This document shows, piece after piece, positions 13,069 through 24,419 of a DNA stretch of 64,000 nucleotides; position 1 is the stretch's first letter; each line of letters opens with the position of its first letter. The position numbers and the translations under genes were made by a program. Origin of the DNA: Tubiluchus corallicola. Its lineage: Eukaryota; Animalia; Priapulida. The DNA lies in assembly GCA_030141605.1 (NCBI GenBank), contig JAQGDQ010000002.1, positions 1,302,001-1,366,000 on the forward strand, given 5' to 3'. The notes under the pieces were generated by a model. It was not told the DNA's origin and searched no databases. It saw only the letters and a program-made list of their open reading frames with translations.

Positions 13069-13454
13069 GTGAGCTGCTCTATGGGGTTTTTACTTGCAAA
13101 AATTTTGCCCATTTTACAAAAAAAATTATTACAAAAATATGAGTAACAGAGTTATATTGTGATATTTTCAGTAGCCAGTTCATTTAGAAATTCTGTATAA
13201 CAGTATTGCACATTTATTTTTAGGATACTAATTGTCATTTATATGCTTCGCGCAGCAAAACGACTGTTAAATAATGAAAACTCTTTAGCTACCATGACAC
13301 TTTTATTAATAATAAAGAGTTTCTTGATATTGAATTTTAATATCTTTCTAAGGAAACGAAAACCTCGCAAATATACCTTTAGAGACGTTCGCCGAGATTA
13401 TAGCTTTCGGGATAGAAGAAGCATGCTCAACCCAATTGGGCAAGATTAGAATTG

Positions 13455-13990
13455 GAAATAGTGAAATTAACTACTTAGACAAAAGCAAAGTACTTGGAGT
13501 TACAACAGACAAAAAGTTAAAAGCACTTGGAAATGTAAAGGATAAGGCATGGATAAGTTAGCGTTTAATTAAAAATAAATGTTGTTTGGACTATAAGTGG
13601 CTAAATTTGGCTACTGTGATCACTTTGTATAAATCCTTGATATTTCCGATTATTATTTATACCTCAGTTTGTTGGGTGACTGGCAATTGTACATTCTTTA
13701 GGATATTAGTTTACGACATTATGAAAATAGCAACTGGCATGCATTCCGGTCCATCTAAAGAAAAGCTAATGTATAATTGCGGACTTGCTGCTTTGGACTT
13801 GGAATTAAAAGCTATTGCAGGAAAATTTGCTTGTAAAATCCTTAGCTGTGAAAAAAATGACTTAGTAAGACGTAATGTTGTTAATATTATCAGTAAACAA
13901 TTAAATGATATTGCTTGAAAGCACTTCGCGAGATCACATACATAGCTGCCATTATTCGGAATACGTGAAATACACTTCAAAAAAACTTAT
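13455..13990 (+). mobile_element. Decayed LINE reverse-transcriptase C-terminal fragment
   Basis: KVLGVTTDKKL followed, after a frameshift, by TLYKSLIFPIIIYTSVCW; matches the KYLGV.ID..L / LYK..I.P.L.Y...W pattern of LINE ORF2. Confidence 0.7.
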
Positions 13991-14345
13991 ATATTAATGA
14001 AGTGCCGACGGAAAATTTCGCTAGTGTAACATGACTTGAGTAGGTTTTTAGAACAACAAAGGCTAAAGCGAGGCAGAATCACACTTCAGACGCCTGAACA
14101 CTTGCTCTTTGAAAGTTAACTAGTTGATGCAGAAAAGACAAGGGCATGTATTAATGCTTTAAAAGTAATATCTGTGACATTCATCATCTATACCCGAAAC
14201 GAAATGAAATTCTATTAGTAGCTTTTATTAATTTTAGAAAAGACGATTTATCCTCTACATCACATTATCAGAAACTCAAGATTAATCAAATTAATTTGAG
14301 CGTGAAAATTTTGTAAAACCTTCAGTTGTTTGTACGGGCCTACAT

Positions 14346-14409
14346 ATGTATGTGTGTGTGTGTGTGCGCGCGCGCGCGCGCGTGCGTGCGTGCGTGCGTG
14401 CGTGTGTGT
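14346..14409. repeat. (TG)n(CG)n(TGCG)n alternating purine-pyrimidine microsatellite
   Basis: Direct reading. Confidence 0.9.
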
Positions 14410-14832
14410 AAATATTTTGATTAAAACTTTGAACTAAAATAGTGACCTTTAAAAGCAGCGAAATTGTTCGTTAACTGATGTGACTTTGTAAATTTGTTAT
14501 ATAAATTAACTTAGAATCATATGTTTTTGTATTTTGTTATCAAATAAATAAGTTATAAATTGTATACCTGCAAAGAGAGATATAATAAAGACTTATAATA
14601 TCAATAATAATCTGGATAATTATTGTGTAGTTATAAATAATTTGTTTTATTTAAATAAGTTATTTAAATTGGTTTAGAGTTATATGAATTAGCTAAAAAA
14701 AATTTATTGAAAGATCCCAAAAAAGTTGACCAGAGGCAAACCTAAGTCCACTTCTACGCCCAAGCATAGGTTTACCACATTAGCGATCAAAGAGGATCGG
14801 TAGGTCTTTTTATGTGGACCACAGGAGGTGTC

Positions 14833-15925
14833 CACTGTGATGGTTCAGGTTAGAAAGAGCCACAGGTACTCGAAAACTACCTTTGACATAGCGTGTGCCG
14901 AAAGGTGTAAGCTAATTATTCATGCTAATTTTAAGATATGTTCATGAAATGTTCATGGGAATAAATATTTCGTTCGTAAATTTCCTAAACAATACGTGGG
15001 TTGTTTTCTTTTCATTGGTTAACGACATTTTATCCGACTCTCAATAAACAAGTAATGACATGTAACAACAAATTTAATAAGATTCCATATATTCAAAAAA
15101 AGACAATGAGCATCAATATACAAAAAAGGAAAACCCTTTCCCCAGAATATTGGCGTTCTAGCCGGGTTTTGCTGAGTGTTCACTAGCGGTAGAACAGTCC
15201 ACACTGACAATCACAGCATACAGATTTTGCATGACAGTGTTGCACAGACGACATTACCAACATGGTAAACAATTTAACGTCTACCTGAAGATGACAGGAT
15301 CCACATACAACGATGGAAACATCCGTTACACTCCTCAATTGAAACTGACCCCTTTACAGTCTACCACCTCCGTGGTGTCAACCCAACAAACGGCAATTAG
15401 CAGTTGGTGATTTACGAGAGTAATAACATAAGTAGAAGTATACCGTTAAGTCTTTCTGTGATCTGCTAGCGTCTTCTCTGGTCCGTGAAACTAGAACCAG
15501 AACTCGGGGACCACATCACATGTCTTAACATCAAACTGAGACAGGATACAAGACGTATGTGCAGACATACCTCCGTTTAACACAGGAAAACCACTCTCTA
15601 CTACTACGTGGCATGGAATTGACAGGTTAAAAAAATCCAGGTCATACTGCTCAAGTGAACGTCTGGCTTCACTGATTTAACTTTAACGTGAAGATCTTAC
15701 TCTACGATACAACACTCTTGTACCCACCCAAGCCTAGCTAACATGGTAGTAATTTATGAGATCAAAATGCGATTTTGTAGAACATCAAATTAAATTAAAA
15801 AAGCAAAAGAAAAGGAAATTTTATTTCTTCATCCTCAGCTTAGCCCATTAATGTAAGCAGATAGTATCCACTATCTATTAGACTAGTGAAATCCCTACAT
15901 TACCATATTCGACCATCTACAACTA
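14833..15925 (+). mobile_element. ~1.1 kb non-coding dispersed repeat, copy 1 (inverted copy at 33670-34698)
   Basis: Many colinear shared blocks, e.g. GCGTGTGCCGAAAGGTGT, CCAGAACTCGGGGACCACATCACATGTCTT, TGAACGTCTGGCTTCA, GTACCCACCCAAG. Confidence 0.85.
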
Positions 15926-18037
15926 AATGTTATTTCTGTTAAGTGGTTCACCTTTTGGTAACGAAATTGTTTACACGAAAACAAAGACATCAGCCGAAAC
16001 AGCTATCGTGGAAAGCACTTTTTAAAACAAGTTTGCTGCTTCATATAAATTTTTCGTACGATAAAAACAAAATGAACGAAATAATTTTTGCAGTTTTAAA
16101 TTCAAGATGGTTAACTCCTTCACAATATATTTTGAATCAGAAGCAACTCTGTCTCTCTCGTTGATACACTCATTCAATTCAACTTTTTTACGTAGGGCGT
16201 AAATATACGATCAATAACGCAAGAGCTGAAATTGTTGTTTCCAGAAGATACCATTGTTGGACATACTGTGTCGATCAAAGGATTTGGCGTTAGAAGCCAA
16301 CCTTGGTAAGCCAAATCAGTTTTCATTATAGAAAATGCAGAATGAAGTAGCATTTCTGCAATGACTTGCCTAATTCAGAAAAAAAGATAACAGAACATGA
16401 ATATGTTATACTAGAAATAAAATAATCTTTTTTAAAATTTAACAATAATTTCTATGTTAAAGAACATGACATTATATAACTGTGTTGCAAATTCACAAAA
16501 ATAGCAAATGCGTTATTTGGTTTGTTATCCGAATTTGCGAACTTCTAATTTATTATGATTATGCAGTTCGCTGCGTTACCATAGACACAACAGTAACAAT
16601 TTGCTTTCTTGTTTTGCACTATAATAAGGCTTAAAATCAAAAGAAATGAATGAAAAAATAAGTCTAAATGTAATGTTATTTTACAATCGATCAGTTATAT
16701 AAGCCGTGTCGATCGAGTTATAAGAGTCGTGTTGAACGAAAATAGATGATGATAACAACATAAATCGAAGCTCTTAACCGACTAAACATTAACAAAGTAA
16801 CTAAAGTGTGCAGCTAAAACTACATTTGGTCATAAGCAAATTTAACTGGTTTAATGCAGAGTTATAATAAAATTGCTATTTTCTTTTAAGAGAACTCCAC
16901 TACAAATCATAATAGGGCTCTTTTCAGAGAATCGTCCATTTTAATTTTCCGCAGTTACATTTTTTCGGTTTACTGTGCTTTTGCAAGAACTTCTATTATT
17001 ATTAATAGCGTATTAATTAAAGTATCAAAAAGTTCACTAATAATTGATGGGTAGCTAGTTTGGCTCTGGTAATACCTAAAATCTTCATGAAAACTGACAT
17101 TAATGATAGGTTAGATGAACTAATGATCCAGATAATTATTTAGGGCGTCTGTAGAGCTGCGCATTCGTAGTACTCCAACTTTAGACACGCCTCTCATTGT
17201 ACAACAACGATGGGAGAACGACTACAGAGGGCGCATAACACTGTTCAATACAGCTGAAGGCACTGAACCTTCATATGGAGCAGAGGAAGTTATCCCAGAA
17301 GTGTTTCCGCCAAGAGGTGTACCATTTAAGTTGGATATACTTGTCGGTGAAGATTATTTTGGCGTACGTAAATTTTAGATTAGAACTTTATTACAAGTAT
17401 TTTATACTTTCACAAAAATGCCTCGATCTAGGCAATAAATCTGTACATCATAAAATAGTCGCATAGAAGAGCAGTTTTGTTTCAAGGTGCAAAAATTATA
17501 AGGTGAAAATTCTTGGCAGCATGTAAATCGTGCAAAATTTCAAGAAAAATTTTCAAGCTTTATTTATAAATAGTGTTTTCTTGTCTTTGTAAGTAGAGCA
17601 CACCTGTCCAGTGTTTCTAATACGCATGTAGGAGTAAAGTCACTCAGTAGACACTAAAATGCCCTATTATCGCAATCAATGAACATTATAAGTTAACCCA
17701 CAATAAATGAATGAATAAAAGCTAAATTGACTTAATGATCATAAACAACTAAATTTTGGTTCAGTAATTCATTCACAGTCGAGTGCCTCTGATTCGTGTC
17801 TATGTTCACTCATTAAATTTCGACTTTCGTTTGATTTGGCTCGGTCGCACAATCGTGAATTCGTCCCACCAGTAATTGAATTTAAAATTTGATTTAATTA
17901 TTTTAAATGATTGATTAACTATCAACTTTCAATTAATTATTGCAGGCCGGGTTAATGAGCAATTAGTAATGTTTTTGTGTGTAAATTAAGAAGTGTTGGA
18001 TTGGTTGTGGAGTTACTAGAATTGACTTGATTACAAC

Positions 18038-18109
18038 GGGCTGGATGTTTCGGTTCAGGCATCATGCTTATAATCCAAAGGTTCCTGGTTCAAATCCATA
18101 CTCAATCCC
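18038..18109 (+). mobile_element. tRNA-derived SINE head or tRNA pseudogene
   Basis: Pol III B-box GGTTCAAATCC at 18087-18097 preceded by CTTATAATCCAAAGGTTCCT; no intact cloverleaf. Confidence 0.5.
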
Positions 18110-18871
18110 AACTTGTTCACATGACCTTCTTCTAGCTTTGGGCCGGAATTTTAATAACTGAGTTTTCATTATTGATTTATAATGTTGAAATTGCAAATAA
18201 GCTATACTCATTATGGTAAGCTTGCAGGTTATATCTCCTTAGATTTTGAAATACACTGATTTGTCTACAGAATATTTGATATAATGAAACAAACAAATTC
18301 GTAATTATTAAACTGTGTCAAACAAGTTACACCAAACAATGCAACACAAAAACTATTCAATATTCAAATTTTTTTTATTAATATCAATAATTGATTTATT
18401 AATGTTCAGCATCAATAAGCATTAAATTCCACTTTGGCGTTCCATAAATTACGACCAACGCTATCTTAATTTAATCCTGCAAGTACGTCACCAACCAGTT
18501 GAACATTTTCTACGTGTTAGAATAATCATTAAATAATTAGAATAATTTTAATAATTAATTTGAACATAAAATAAACCATTGATAATAAAACAATTATGAT
18601 TTTAATTTTAAGATTACTAATTATTAATGATCGAATAAACCTACAATTACAAGAGAAAATTAGAAACCAAAGATGTGTTATTTCATCATAAGCTTACATC
18701 TTGATAAAGAATGAATTTCTCTTCTACGCACTTTTCTAGGGTTTAAATTAATTACGAAAAATTTATTCTAATTAGTTAAAAATTACTACCACATAGCACG
18801 AGTGAAATAAGACTAAAAAATGTTAAATGAGCGATTAGGACTGAACTAAAAGACATGTCTAAATCGCAAGC

Positions 18872-18943
18872 GACCCTGTGGTCTAGTGTATATGGTATTG
18901 AACTTGTAACCCAAGAGTCCCTGATTCAATTGCAGGCCAGTCC
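18872..18943 (+). mobile_element. tRNA-derived SINE head related to 18038-18109
   Basis: A-box-like TGGTCTAGTG, then CTTGTAACCCAAGAGTCCCTGATTCAATT, which aligns with the 18038 copy. Confidence 0.5.
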
Positions 18944-20583
18944 GAGGTTTTCACCATTTTTCTTTCGGTTAAAATTTAACAATTGTGGATTTAGTCATCA
19001 CTAGTCGACTTATTGTTTAGGTCAATTAACACGATATGTATTAATGTGTTAATACATAATGAGAGAATGTGAAATGCAGCTTAATTTTTCTAACATTGCA
19101 GATTTCGATCGACGAGAAGTTCGTGAAGAAATTCTCACGACCAAGTTTCAGTAGTCGCTTTCCTAATAGCGAGATTGGGATTCTCTTTTTGTGGAACATA
19201 AAACTGATTGATGTGAAGCTCTCGTAGGGAGAATAAGCTCGATGGCTGAATGAACGAAGAATGCTGAGAAGGACAAATTGAAACCTAGCTGTAAAACAAA
19301 CAACATAATTTTACGCTATGAAAAATAAATATCCTGCAAAAGATTCTGCTTTATATTTTGATCTACGAAGTGTAGTGTTAACGCATATTTTTATGCATTT
19401 TGATTATTATGTGTCGGCATTTTAGTTCTGGGTAGTAAAAAAATCTTATCTCATCCTGGTGTTGTGCAGAATTTAGAAAAAATGAACAAAAACTTTTTGT
19501 TCGTCAATATTTATAGAATGTGGCAAGGAACCACTCTTTGTACATATAGCTATTATTGTCGTTTGAACTACATTGGCTCACAGGAGTAACATAGTGTTTC
19601 ATTGATGATAATTTTGGTTTCCGATGGTGGCGGGTACGCAATGTGGTAAGCTAAACAGCAAAATATAAAATGAGATTAAACTAAGAAATATTAAAAATTA
19701 AAACAAAGAATAAAAATATTAAAGAAGTTATGTTACTCCTCGCCTGTGGAATTCCAATTTTTCCCGTGAAAACACAGTTGTGTTGAATGGCACTTCGCGG
19801 TTTCTAGCGCTTGAAGTACCAACAAAAAACTGCAAAACCGAGCAAGATTTTTGACACTTTCGTTCAAGCAAGTTATGATTGCCTTTCTACCATGTTTTTC
19901 TTAAATAACTGAAAGCCATTGTACAATTTTTACCCAACTGAGTTGAAATTTGGTAAGATGATTAGCTAGAATGTGCTTGATTAAAAATGTTAACCTCTCT
20001 TCGTTAATTAGGTAATTAAAGCTGTTTAATTAATTAATTATCCTTGCATATCTTGACGCTCGGGTATAATTTAGAATTAAATTACATTTGCATAAACTCC
20101 CTCTTTAATGACATCAATATTTCACAAAAGTATATATCACAGAAAGTCATGAAAATAGGCAACAAAAGTTCGATGACTAGTTCACGAGTTGTTCACTAGT
20201 TCACTAGTTCGATCACAAGTTGCAAGACAGCTTTTCACTGACGCTGAAGAATAAAAGTTAGAATACGCCCGCGTCCTAAATTAATCGAATATAAAATGAC
20301 ATATGCCAGTCACCAACGTTAGGCAATGGTGTATTAGGCGTGCCAGTGCAGGCATAGCTACAATTAAGTATTAACTATATTTTTTCTTGATACTCTAAAA
20401 GCAGTGTACGACAACCATATGTAGCAATTATATTTGTCAAATGACCATCGGCCGTGCAGCTGCAGTCATATTATAAGGACATGCTTTATCGATCCAAAAA
20501 GCCTGTAGTAGCTCTTATGACGTTAGAAAGTCTACAATATTTTATATTACTTACAATCACACAAAACAAATCTGTGTCTAATA

Positions 20584-21612
20584 TTACCCACCACACGCGT
20601 AGATGTACTTCCTAAATTGTGTAAATAACAAATTTATTATACTTGAGATGCTTGTGTGCACCAGACTTATTAGACTAACTGCGGCTTCTTCTGCATCTTC
20701 AATGCTATCTGCAATGGTGTCCAGCATCTCTACCTGCTGAATGATAGCATCCAAATCACTATCCTGAGCTGTCACCTTGCCTTGTAAATCGTTTATTTTA
20801 GCCATGATAACCGCCACTTTTGATTCCGCCGAATCAACAGCAGCCATTATATCACTGGTAACAGGAACAAAGCCATTCATCACATCTACCTTTATTTGTG
20901 AAACTTTAGTATCTATGTTATTCACCTGTGTACTAATGGAATTGATATTAGACTTAGCTGCAGAAACGTGGACGGTCACAGCGTTAAATGTAGCCTGTAA
21001 TTCTGCAAGAACTTTAGCAAACGCACTGGCGTGAGCGGAAACATCGTCAATAGCACTATGCGCTGAAGCAGTTTCTGAGATGATGGTTGCTAGGTCGCTT
21101 TTTATTGTGCTAACTGTAGTGGCGACCATGGGTAATGAAGTGCTTTCAATCGCATCAGTAGAACTCAATATAGCGTTTAAATTACTTTGTATTGCAACAA
21201 GCTTTCCCTCTTCCACTTTGGCGAGATCAGATTTAGCGTTTTCGAGATTTGTATTCGCGCCGATAATGCTGGTCAAAACATCTTTCACGCCCGCAATGAG
21301 CTTCTTCAAATCGTGAGAAAGCGCATTAGTTGGGCCAAGCAATACAGTGAAATCTGGTAAGAGCGCTTCGAGTTGAGCAGTGAAACTAGTGATTGTAGAC
21401 AGAAGCCCCTTCATGTCTGACTCAATCAAGTTGATAACGTCGTTTTGCATAAACCAAGTGATGTTTTTCAAGATGAGCAAATTATCCAGTATATCCTGTG
21501 CACTTTCCGAATCACTCTGGTCATCATGAATAGTGCTGCTGCTGGTCTCATTAACATGAAATGTTATAATCACCACAACCAACAATATCACAAAGGTAAT
21601 GCAAAGCTTCAT
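20584..21612 (-). CDS. Secreted long coiled-coil protein B, 342 aa, paralogue of gene A
   Basis: Uninterrupted ORF; signal MKLCITFVILLVVVIITFH; heptad rod with three 1-residue skips; the C-terminal ~70 aa align ungapped with A (K.T.QD..L..II ... KY...C). Confidence 0.9.
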   Translation of the reverse strand: MKLCITFVILLVVVIITFHVNETSSSTIHDDQSDSESAQDILDNLLILKNITWFMQNDVINLIESDMKGLLSTITSFTAQLEALLPDFTVLLGPTNALSHDLKKLIAGVKDVLTSIIGANTNLENAKSDLAKVEEGKLVAIQSNLNAILSSTDAIESTSLPMVATTVSTIKSDLATIISETASAHSAIDDVSAHASAFAKVLAELQATFNAVTVHVSAAKSNINSISTQVNNIDTKVSQIKVDVMNGFVPVTSDIMAAVDSAESKVAVIMAKINDLQGKVTAQDSDLDAIIQQVEMLDTIADSIEDAEEAAVSLISLVHTSISSIINLLFTQFRKYIYACGG

Positions 21613-21679
21613 AGCCGAAAGTTTAAGAAAAACTGATCAGGTCACAAGCCTAATTTAACGCGAAACCTTTTGCTTTCTT

Positions 21680-21790
21680 TACCCGATTTATATAGCTCTT
21701 TGGCTGATCGGGACCTTTTGTTATATTTATCCATATAAGTTTGAATTATTCATACACGTGAAAAACCTTAGGCGATATATTTTGTGTCAC
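21680..21790 (-). promoter_or_regulatory. Promoter of gene B: TATA box plus motif module shared with gene A
   Basis: Minus-strand TATATAAA at 21694-21687; plus-strand TACCCG (21680), ACCTTTTG (21713), TGAATTATTCATACACGTG (21742-21760), TTTGTGTCAC (21781). Confidence 0.65.
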
Positions 21791-23279
21791 TTGGCCAAAG
21801 AACTTATTACTGTCATGAAAGGTGCCGCTTGTGTGCGTTTAGTATAAAAGCAAAATCAACTGTAAAATAAGAATTGCTAACTGGACCCGGGAACTTGAAA
21901 TTTTCGTTCCGTAATAAATCGCTATTTACGTGTATTCGTATTCATATACGTTTGTAGCAGTCGAAAAGAATTTTTATAAAATATCTTTTTACGGTTATAA
22001 TTATGATGACTGTATTATAGACGGATGGTATTCCCAACCGGTTCATATTTTGCAATAAATGTTGTTTAAATGTTAGCAGAAACGATTGCATGTCATTTCG
22101 CAAGGCAGAATTCGCCAGTGCAACACTTCGCCAGCCCATCTTTTCGCCAGTTGATACTGGAAGTGGTCCAATACATAGGATTGTTCGTTACACTGCTAAT
22201 AGGAATTTTTTAATTGTAACTATGTTACACGTCTATGTTGCAAAATCTCTATGTTACTGAATGCTAAAGCGCCACCTACCAACATGGCGCCCAAAGGTGA
22301 TAGTCCAATTAATTCTCTATTCAATGGTGTGCCGCACAGCCGCTACCACAACAGGACTGCCAGGCTACGGTCGTTTTTTTACCCATGACGGTACCATACT
22401 TATACTTATATAGCATGTATCAACATGGTTTCCTTTAAACGCTCTGCGAACGGAAGCCATAAGTCGTCCAGAGACGCATCATATGCATTCGATTCGCCAC
22501 AAAGCACAAAATCACTCGCACTACCTCAAAATTGCGAGTTAAGTTTCATTTAACCGCGAAATGACGATAAGTAAGATGCTAGATACCGAGAATGGGCACA
22601 TTCAGAATAGTGTAAAAATTTTGTTTTATGATGCTTAGTTTCCGAGATACGGATCTTTTTGGATCTCAAAATAAATAGGGTTACTCAACCAAATTTGGCG
22701 TGCATGTAGCCAGCGTACATAGCCACTCTAGCCTTGATGTGAACTTTGACCCGCCTGAAATCATGACCCAAAAATCGTCAAAATATGTCCATTTTTGAGA
22801 AACAATTACTGTTTTCATGGACTTAAAATTTTTTCTAGACTTTTTTCAAGACTTTAAAATCAAAAATCCTATTTTTAAAACACAATTACACCTACAAAAA
22901 GCGCCCCTATTGAACAAAAAAACAAGTGAACTACTGTGTAGCACATTGTCAGATTGATCGGACTATCGTCATCTAGTTACGAGGTGCTTAAAGCGTTTTG
23001 CTTGCATCTTGATAATAATCGAATTGTTTTTTTCTCTTGCCTGTTTCATGCTGGTTCGAGGAAGAACCATTTTCTGCAGAGGGTAGTGTTACGGGGTACA
23101 GGTATTTGCACAGTACCAGGTAAAAAACCGTCACTTTGGAATATCCTCGTTGATTAAGCAGGTAAACGGACAGGTGTTCTTACCATCTCGGTACCTGTTC
23201 CGTAGACACAGCCGTATGAAGTACACACGACAAATTTACTGGCAAGTTTTTTTCAACAAATTTCTGTCTGACTTTAATA

Positions 23280-23358
23280 AGCTTTCGTCATCCTGGTATT
23301 GAACCCGGACTACTTGGCCTCTGAAATGCGAAAGAACGAACCAACTAGGGAGCCACAA
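23280..23358 (-). mobile_element. tRNA-derived SINE head
   Basis: Minus strand shows A-box-like TGGCTCCCCTAGTTGG and B-box GGTTCAATACC. Confidence 0.45.
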
Positions 23359-24419
23359 ATCAGACCCCCCTGGCGGCGAGGATCCAACATAGTTACAAAA
23401 TTTAAAATATCGTATATCCCATTATCTATAATATATTTAGAATTATTACAACTGTAGTAAACAAGCTATAATAAGATCTTCTGCGAATGTAAGAAAAATG
23501 TAAAGACAAATCTGGTTTAAACATAATAAAATTTGCAACCCGAAATTTGTATTTGTAAAAGTAAATGCCGCAATCAACATTAAGCCGTCAGACATTTATG
23601 TACTTATATGGCTGAGCTTCCTTTGGCAAACCTAGAACCTTTCTGTACAAACAGCTTGCTGACTAGATCATCTTGTGATCTTAATTTATACTAAAAAGAA
23701 TTTTAGATACGACTCCACCCTAAGAAAACCCGTTCAACCAATAAGAATTCTGAAATAAGCTCACAGCACAAAAACAACACGATACACACTGAGCAATGCA
23801 ACCCTAGACATGTAGTGCAATACAGTAACATTATTTATTTCACAAAAAGTCAATTCCTAGTCAACATATCTCAATTAATATTTGAAAATTATTTTTCAGT
23901 TTTAACAGATGAATTATTAACATGAATTATTATTAAGAATTATTAACGTGCATTATTACGAAGCGTGATTCACGTAGATCTAAAACGAAAAAAAAACAAT
24001 CTATTTCTAGGAAACTGCTTTATAAATCTTTTCTTTTTCAATCAACTGTAAGATGTCCAGAAAATATTATCCGAATCTTAATTGCTCCTGAAGTCCGGTT
24101 TAAGACAGCCAATTATTAATGGCATTTCCTGCAATATTTAGTGTCACTAGCAAAAATCGAACGACGTTATCGAACGACGATGGTTGGCCAGGAGTTCTAT
24201 AGAATACCCTGTTTCACACACAGTTTTGCTAGCATTTTGTAAATAGATTTATTGATGACTCTATTCCAACTAGTCTTATACATAAATTTATTATGACTGA
24301 GGTTGCTGTGTCTACAAACCAACACAATGGCTTCTTTGTATTTTTATTGTTATCCCTGATAAAAGCTTGTTGGAGCAAACGGACTGGTCAGTACACGTAC
24401 TATTATTTCTCTGGTTAGG

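Noticed and set aside
20173-20222. Short CACTAGTT-type repeats, and TTTCCCAGAA arrays elsewhere, as CRISPR-like
   Set aside because: No constant repeat with unique spacers; eukaryotic context.
10172-21316. Plus-strand ORFs 10172-10558, 20777-21034 and 21080-21316
   Set aside because: Antisense shadows of the coiled-coil genes.
9952-21612. Bacterial chemoreceptor or phage-fibre origin (HGT) for A and B
   Set aside because: The resemblance is only generic heptad composition; no MCP signalling motif, and A has a spliceosomal intron while B has a TATA promoter.
18038-23358. Functional tRNA genes
   Set aside because: A/B boxes are present but stems do not pair into cloverleaves; treated as SINE heads.
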